Below, in pieces: positions 26,384-32,000 of a DNA stretch of 32,000 bases (position 1 is its first letter; the number at the start of each line of letters is the position of its first letter). Origin of the DNA: Fastidiosibacter lacustris (lineage in GTDB: Bacteria; Pseudomonadota; Gammaproteobacteria; Francisellales; Francisellaceae); assembly GCF_003428155.1 (NCBI RefSeq), contig NZ_QLIR01000003.1, positions 1 to 32,000 of the forward strand, in the 5' to 3' direction. A model generated the notes under the pieces. The model was not told where the DNA came from. It worked only from the letters and a program-made list of their open reading frames with translations, and did not search any database. The position numbers were made by a program, and so were the translations under genes.

Positions 26384-29152
26384 ATGTCAGAAATACAAAA
26401 AAATTATGATCCAAAATTACTAGAACAAAAATGTTATGAAACGTGGGAAAAAAAAGGTTTATTTAGATGTGGTCAAACTAAGGGTGTGCCTTTTACTATC
26501 ATGCTTCCTCCACCTAATGTGACCGGAACTTTACACATGGGGCATGGTTTTCAGCAAACCTTAATGGATTTATTAATACGTTATCATCGGATGATGGGCG
26601 ATAATGCTTTATGGCAGCCTGGAACCGATCATGCAGGTATTGCAACACAAATGGTAGTTGAGCGTAATTTAAACGCAGAAGGGGTTTCGCGCCATGATTT
26701 AGGACGGGAAAAGTTCATAGAGAGGATTTGGCAGTGGAAGGAGTATTCAGGTGGTACAATTGCTAAGCAAATGCGTCGCTTAGGGGCATCTTGTGATTGG
26801 TCTCGTGAGCGTTTTACTATGGATGATGGTTTATCTAAAGCCGTACAAACATGCTTTATTAAATTGTATGAAGATGGTTTAGCTTATCGTGGTGAGCGCT
26901 TAGTCAATTGGGATCCAGTACTATTAACAGCTGTTTCTGATTTAGAGGTGGTTCAAGAAGAAGAAAATGGTTCACTTTGGCATTTTCGTTATCCATTAGT
27001 AGATGACAGTGGTAGTATTGAAATTGCAACAACTCGTCCTGAAACGATGTTAGGAGATGTGGCAGTAGCAGTTAATCCAGAAGATGAACGTTATAAGCAT
27101 TTAATTGGTAAGCTAGTTAAGCTACCTTTAACAGAGCGAGAAATTCCTATAATTGCGGATGAATACGTTGATGTTGAGTTTGGGACAGGTTGCGTTAAAA
27201 TTACACCTGCACATGACTTTAATGATTATGAAATTGGTAAACGCCACCATTTACCAATAATTAACATCTTAGCAAACGATGCCAAATTAAACACAAATGT
27301 TCCCAAAGTCTATCAGGGTTTAGACCGTTTTGAAGCACGTAAAAAGATCGTGATTGATATGGAAGCGCAAGGCTTTTTAGTTAAAGTTGAACCACATGTT
27401 TTAAAAGTGCCTAAAGGTGATAGGACAGGTGCGATACTTGAACCCTATTTAACTAAACAGTGGTTTGTTAAAGCAGGTGAATTAGGAAAACCAGCACTTG
27501 AAGCAGTTGAAAATGGTAGTGTGCGCTTTGTACCAGATAATTGGAAAAATACGTATTATTCGTGGATGAATGATTTGCAAGATTGGTGTATTTCACGTCA
27601 ATTGTGGTGGGGGCATCGAATCCCCGCCTGGTACGATCTAAATGGCAAGGTATACGTTGGTAGTTCTGAAGAGGATGTACGGACTAAATATGGTTTATCA
27701 CTTGAGTTAATCTTACAGCAAGATGAAGATGTATTTGATACCTGGTTTTCAGCAGCACTTTGGCCATTTTCAACTTTAGGTTGGCCTGAAAATACACCTG
27801 AACTTAAAAAGTATTACCCTACAAGCGTATTGGTAACGGGTTTTGATATTATCTTTTTTTGGGTGGCCAGAATGATGATGTTTGGTCTTTATTTTATGAA
27901 AGATGTGCCATTTAGGGATATCTACATCACAGGACTCATTCGCGATGCAGAAGGGCAAAAGATGTCAAAATCAAAAGGAAATGTATTGGACCCAGTTGAT
28001 TTGATTGATGGTATTTCCTTGGAGGACTTAATTTCAAAACGCACTCAAGCTTTGATGCAGCCACAAATGAAAACAAAAGTCGAAAAGCAAACCCATAAAC
28101 ATTTTCCTAACGGAATTGAGGCATATGGCACCGATGCGCTGCGCTTTACCTTTACTGCCCTTGCTTCAACTTCGCGTGATATTTGTTTTGATGTGGCGCG
28201 CATGGAAGGTTATCGTAATTTTTGTAACAAGCTATGGAACGCTTCGCGCTTTGTGATGATGAACCTTGAAGACTACGATGCCAACGATAATCAATATAAA
28301 ATCGGGATTGCTGAGCATTGGATTTGGCATAAGCTTAATCAAACAATTGTTGAAGTACATAAACACATTGCTCAATATCGTTTTGATCTATTGGCGCAAA
28401 CGATATATGAATTTGTTTGGAATCAATATTGTGATTGGTACGTTGAATTTGCCAAAGCAAGCTTAAACGATGAAAACGTTACTCCAGAACAAAAGCAAGG
28501 CGTTCAATATACCTTAATTACCGTACTAGATAAAATTTTGCGCTTAGCTCACCCGATCATACCATTTATTACTGAGGAAATTTTTAGTCAAGTGAAAGTG
28601 TTTACCCTGGATAGCATAACATCAATTATGACTAGCAACTTCCCTGTATTTGATCAAAACCTTGTCAATGAAAAAGCTTCAAATGAGATAGAGTGGGTTA
28701 AAAGAATCATTGTAGCAATAAGAACTATTCGTTCAGAAATGAACGTTAAGCCAAGCTTAAACATTTTACTTTATATCAAAAATGCAACTACAGATGAACT
28801 GGTCAAATTACAGGTAATGAAATCACTCATTCAGTCAATGGCTAAAGTGTCTGATATTATAGTAAATAACGACGTACCGATGTCGGCAACAACTTTGGTT
28901 GATAATATGGAATTACATATTCCATTGGCAGGTTTGATAGACGTTACAGCCGAGCAAATGCGCCTAAAAAAAGAGCAAGAAAAATTAGAAAAAGAAATTA
29001 TTCGCTTGAGAGCTAAATTAAGCAATGAAAAATTTGTTGCCAATGCTCCACTTGATGTTGTTGAAAAAGAGAAAACAAAGCTTTTTGAATACCAAAGCAC
29101 TCAGGCTAAATTGGTAAAACAGTTTGAAAAATTAGAAGCTTTATTACCATAA
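26384..29152 (+). CDS. valS: valine--tRNA ligase
   Basis: HIGH-type motif (TLHMGHGF), KMSKS, and a C-terminal coiled coil. 922 aa. Confidence 0.97.
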   Translation: MSEIQKNYDPKLLEQKCYETWEKKGLFRCGQTKGVPFTIMLPPPNVTGTLHMGHGFQQTLMDLLIRYHRMMGDNALWQPGTDHAGIATQMVVERNLNAEGVSRHDLGREKFIERIWQWKEYSGGTIAKQMRRLGASCDWSRERFTMDDGLSKAVQTCFIKLYEDGLAYRGERLVNWDPVLLTAVSDLEVVQEEENGSLWHFRYPLVDDSGSIEIATTRPETMLGDVAVAVNPEDERYKHLIGKLVKLPLTEREIPIIADEYVDVEFGTGCVKITPAHDFNDYEIGKRHHLPIINILANDAKLNTNVPKVYQGLDRFEARKKIVIDMEAQGFLVKVEPHVLKVPKGDRTGAILEPYLTKQWFVKAGELGKPALEAVENGSVRFVPDNWKNTYYSWMNDLQDWCISRQLWWGHRIPAWYDLNGKVYVGSSEEDVRTKYGLSLELILQQDEDVFDTWFSAALWPFSTLGWPENTPELKKYYPTSVLVTGFDIIFFWVARMMMFGLYFMKDVPFRDIYITGLIRDAEGQKMSKSKGNVLDPVDLIDGISLEDLISKRTQALMQPQMKTKVEKQTHKHFPNGIEAYGTDALRFTFTALASTSRDICFDVARMEGYRNFCNKLWNASRFVMMNLEDYDANDNQYKIGIAEHWIWHKLNQTIVEVHKHIAQYRFDLLAQTIYEFVWNQYCDWYVEFAKASLNDENVTPEQKQGVQYTLITVLDKILRLAHPIIPFITEEIFSQVKVFTLDSITSIMTSNFPVFDQNLVNEKASNEIEWVKRIIVAIRTIRSEMNVKPSLNILLYIKNATTDELVKLQVMKSLIQSMAKVSDIIVNNDVPMSATTLVDNMELHIPLAGLIDVTAEQMRLKKEQEKLEKEIIRLRAKLSNEKFVANAPLDVVEKEKTKLFEYQSTQAKLVKQFEKLEALLP

Positions 29153-29620
29153 CCCTTCCAGTATCATTTTAATGCGTGCGCGATAAACGCCTTTAAGAGA
29201 TTGAGTAGTACTTTTAGTCTTGATTTGTATGGTGTGAAGTGTATTTTGGGTAAGCTCAGTGCCCAGTTGAGATATATCTTTACCATCCGCGGTCACGATA
29301 AGTGGTAATGTAGGAGGTGATTCAGGACTATTTTTATGCGAGGATAGTTTTATTAAGCTTGGTTCTGCTTTTAAGCGTAGCTTGGCAGGATCTTTTAATT
29401 GTAATTTCCAGAAATCTTCTTCACTTGTCAAATACATCCCATCACGCTGTTGATTTTTATTCATTATATGAAAGTTTTGTTTTGAAACAAATTGAGCTTC
29501 TGTTGTTACTGTCGGAATGTATACAGTTGCAGTAATCCTGATTTGAGTGCTTTGTTGTTCTGCAAAGTGTGGGTTTATAGTCATAAATATACCTAAGAGT
29601 ATTAAGTTAACAGGTTTCAT
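29144..29620 (-). CDS. small secreted protein, possibly a pilin-like (CS1/CFA-I-type) beta-sandwich subunit
   Basis: Strong SD (AAGGAGAG) before the ATG and a signal peptide MKPVNLILLGIFMTINPHFA. Mature N-terminus QIRITATVYIP and C-terminal GVYRARIKMILEGLW loosely resemble the N- and C-terminal strands of class 5 pilins (from memory only). No chaperone or usher gene is present in the window. Confidence 0.55.
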   Translation of the reverse strand: MKPVNLILLGIFMTINPHFAEQQSTQIRITATVYIPTVTTEAQFVSKQNFHIMNKNQQRDGMYLTSEEDFWKLQLKDPAKLRLKAEPSLIKLSSHKNSPESPPTLPLIVTADGKDISQLGTELTQNTLHTIQIKTKSTTQSLKGVYRARIKMILEGLW

Positions 29621-29884
29621 ATTTTACTCTCCTTGTTAGATTGAATTAAGCTAATTCTAATCAGAGTATAGGATTAATTTAGGCAAATAATGTATTTTGT
29701 GTAGCCAGAAAATATTTTTTCACTTTTTTATAATTTATATTTTTAAAAAAATATCTAAAAGCATCTTTAATTTGACCATTTAATTTTAAAAAGGCTATAA
29801 ACACCGTATTTTTTTAAAATTTAATACGGTTATATAAAAAGGAAGTTTCATTTATAATTTAACTCGTAGGATATTGGGGAGTTT

Positions 29885-29894
29885 GCGTTAACGC
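29885..29894. promoter_or_regulatory. perfect 10-bp palindrome GCGTTAACGC in the divergent intergenic region upstream of the NHL lipoprotein gene
   Basis: Read directly. It is GC-rich relative to the surrounding about 350 bp of AT-rich DNA. It abuts a second imperfect inverted repeat, CTTGTTATA (29894-29902) / TATAACAGG (29918-29926). Confidence 0.35.
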
Positions 29895-29969
29895 TTGTTA
29901 TAGTCTGTTTGAGGATATATAACAGGTCGAAATACAAGTTAAAAAAGCTTAAATTGTATAAGGTGGGGG

Positions 29970-32000
29970 ATGATAAATTATTCATATTTGAAAGCTGGTC
30001 ATAAAGGAATTCGTTTAGTTATTTGTACAGCAATTTTAACTGCTTGTGGTGGTAGAAGCGATACAAGCAGTGCACCAATCAAGGCAGAAATTAACCCAAG
30101 CAAAAGTGTATTATTAACAACGGTTTCAGGTGGTCAGCCACTAATATTAAGAACAAATCCAAGTCATATTTTACCGTATGATCTTTTGTGGACATTAGAA
30201 GGTCCGGGTAGCTTAGCTATGATTGATAGATTTAGCCCTAATGCCATCAACAATACGCATTATGGGATGGCGATTAGATATACGCCACCTGAATTTGGCG
30301 TTTCAGATACAGATACAATTGCAAAAGTGACAGTATTCCATAAAAAATCAACTGATAAAGTAGGTCTTTTAGACCAGCGTAACATTGCGTCAGCAGATGC
30401 TTATACCTTTGAAATTAAACTTAATCCTAAAGTGGATTCTAGTTTTTCAATGCCTTATGGTATTGCGTATGATTCTGTTTATAACAGATTATTCGTAACA
30501 GATATTAAATCAGGTAATTTGCGTATTATTGATGGCAAAGGAGTTGTTACGACAGCTGATCTGAAATCTGTCAATCGTGATGGATCGTTGGTAGGATATA
30601 AACTTGTTCGCCCGACTGGCATTACGGTTCACCCAAAAACCGGCAATGTTTTTATTGCTGAGTCTAACCGTAATATTGTGGAACTTTCAAAAGTGAATAA
30701 AAATGACTCAAGCCAATGGATTGTTCGTACGGTTTGGCAAGAGCAAGATGAAACAATATTAGTAGAAAATATATTTGAGGACCCCAAACACTCTAATGCG
30801 CGCGTAGAATATAATCCACATAATCGTCCAGCAAAAACAGGCTATACGATCGATGGTGTGGCTTTGTCTATTACTGAACAAGGTGATCAAAAAGCCAGGC
30901 TGAATTTTCAATTACCTGGTGATAATAGTTTATTTTCAGCTACCTTGCTTAGCACCCTTGAAGATGCGTCATATTCGTATGATGTGTTAAGTTCAAGTTT
31001 AACAGGTAACAATGCCACTCAATATCGACCGGGATTAAAAATTGAAACATCCTTCCCTTATTACACATATTTAGTATATGAACCTTATAACAACGTAAAT
31101 TCATTCATCGGTCGCATTATTCCATGGTCAGCAACCATCAGTAATGTATTAACTCAAAATTGGTGGAGTTCAAGGGCTATCTTAAATTTGGCAGCTGGTG
31201 CTGGTGGTCCCCCATTTGCAACTATCCCAACGGTTGCTTTAAATAACCCTACTATCCAAGCCTATAATAATACAGGTGTTCATATTGGGATTGGCTCGAG
31301 TGGGAATTCATGGAAAAGTGACTTGGATATTAGAATTCATAGCGCAATGATAAAACGTAAAGATGAGAAAGCTTTAAGATACGTCTTTAGTCGTGCTTTT
31401 GGTCAGATCACTTTTGATCAAGATGGTCATTTATATCTAGCAGACACCATGAATAATCGTATTGCGAAATTATCACAAAATGATGAAGGTATATGGCAGA
31501 TGTCTGTAATTGCAGGGGGGGGGAGCGGACAGTGGTCATCGTTCAGGGTTTGTGGACGGTGATGCACTGACTGCAAGGTTTAACCAGCCATCAGGTATTG
31601 CTGTTGATTATAGTGGTAATATTTTTATTGCTGATACCAATAATCATGCAATCCGTTTAATCACAACAAAAGACGAGAGTGTAATGGTGAAAACAATTGC
31701 AGGCAAAGGAGCAAATAATAATTGCACGCGTAATTTTAATGGCTCTGGCGATTGTGATGGAGATGAATCAACAGCAACGGCATTTAGTTATCCTACTCAA
31801 TTGTCGTGGGATGATGATACTAATCATTTATGGGTTACAGATAGTGGTAACCATAAATTGCGGAAAATAACAAATATCAATCAGAACAAAGAAGCTGATC
31901 AAGCTAATTCTGTCAATGAGGTGACTAGTGCTATAGGTCAGGGATCATCTCAGCCAGGTTGCATAGACGGTTTTGGTTCAAATAATTCTGAAAGTCAGCA
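29970..32000 (+). pseudogene. large NHL-repeat surface lipoprotein, interrupted by a frameshift in a G9 tract; continues past the window end
   Basis: Lipobox AILTAC|G. NHL-type repeats: FSMPYGIAYDSVYNRLFVTD, LVRPTGITVHPKTGNVFIAE, FGQITFDQDGHLYLADTMNNRIAKL. After the frameshift, in frame +1: FNQPSGIAVDYSGNIFIADTNNHAIRLI and FSYPTQLSWDDDTNHLWVTDSGNHKLRKI. The first frame stops at 31560-31562. The second frame is open from 31510 to 32000. Confidence 0.8.
31515..31523 (+). repeat. G9 homopolymeric tract at the frameshift point of the NHL lipoprotein gene
   Basis: Counted directly: nine consecutive G at 31515-31523 in an AT-rich genome. G8 (or G11) would fuse the two reading frames into ...VIAGGGADSGHRSGFVDGDALTARFNQPSGIAVD... 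Confidence 0.9.

Noticed and set aside
1032-29535. Many 60-118 aa ORFs in the supplied track lie antisense to, or out of frame within, the large genes. Examples: 1032..1319, 1742..1939, 1962..2180, 2065..2274, 3743..3931, 4675..4872, 5701..5916, 7160..7417, 7516..7728, 7964..8152, 9508..9765, 10406..10588, 10693..10902, 10736..10933, 12297..12536, 12739..13029, 18085..18279, 18396..18611, 18502..18690, 19399..19665, 19976..20170, 21075..21326, 23069..23332, 23476..23673, 24077..24433, 24115..24393, 24579..24797, 27776..27958, 28266..28466, 28831..29100, 29317..29535.
   Set aside because: Each is fully embedded in a confidently identified conserved gene. Each has a low-complexity or Ser/Ile/Cys-rich composition typical of shadow frames in AT-rich DNA, and I saw no convincing SD or recognisable motif for any of them.
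1-32000. CRISPR arrays, rRNA or tRNA genes, integrases or prophage modules, toxin-antitoxin pairs and known multi-gene defence systems.
   Set aside because: No regularly spaced direct repeats, no structured RNA genes and no recombinase other than the IS fragment were found on either strand. The only defence-related content is the decayed R-M cassette within the nrdJ operon.

Overview
AT-rich (hand-sampled lines mostly about 25-40% GC) gammaproteobacterial chromosome segment. I cannot assign a genus. A Legionellales-, Coxiella- or Francisella-like, possibly host-associated organism is plausible. Most of the window is core housekeeping in mostly tight, co-oriented blocks: mnmE and an SLT-domain lipoprotein on the minus strand, then tdk, an MFS transporter, waaC, dacB (PBP4), the classic tig-clpP-clpX-lon-hupB-ppiD block followed directly by miaA, a split B12-dependent class II ribonucleotide reductase (nrdJa/nrdJb), cydDC, a BtuF-like B12-binding protein, a GlpF-like aquaporin and valS. 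The left edge carries the 3' end of an IS element. Most notable is a compact, more GC-rich two-gene restriction-modification remnant sitting exactly in the junction between nrdJa and nrdJb. It consists of an 80-aa N-terminal fragment of a BglII/BamHI/BstYI-like endonuclease plus an intact MT-A70 DPPW methyltransferase. It is co-oriented with nrdJ, has 11-15 nt gaps and no terminator, and is flanked by near-identical copies of an RBS/start motif. At the right end, a large NHL-repeat surface lipoprotein is interrupted by a frameshift inside a G9 homopolymer. This is either a candidate phase-variation switch or a sequencing error. It sits divergent from a small secreted pilin-like protein. The GlpF-like gene also carries a 1-nt frameshift in a T6G4 run. 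I found no rRNA, tRNA or CRISPR arrays.
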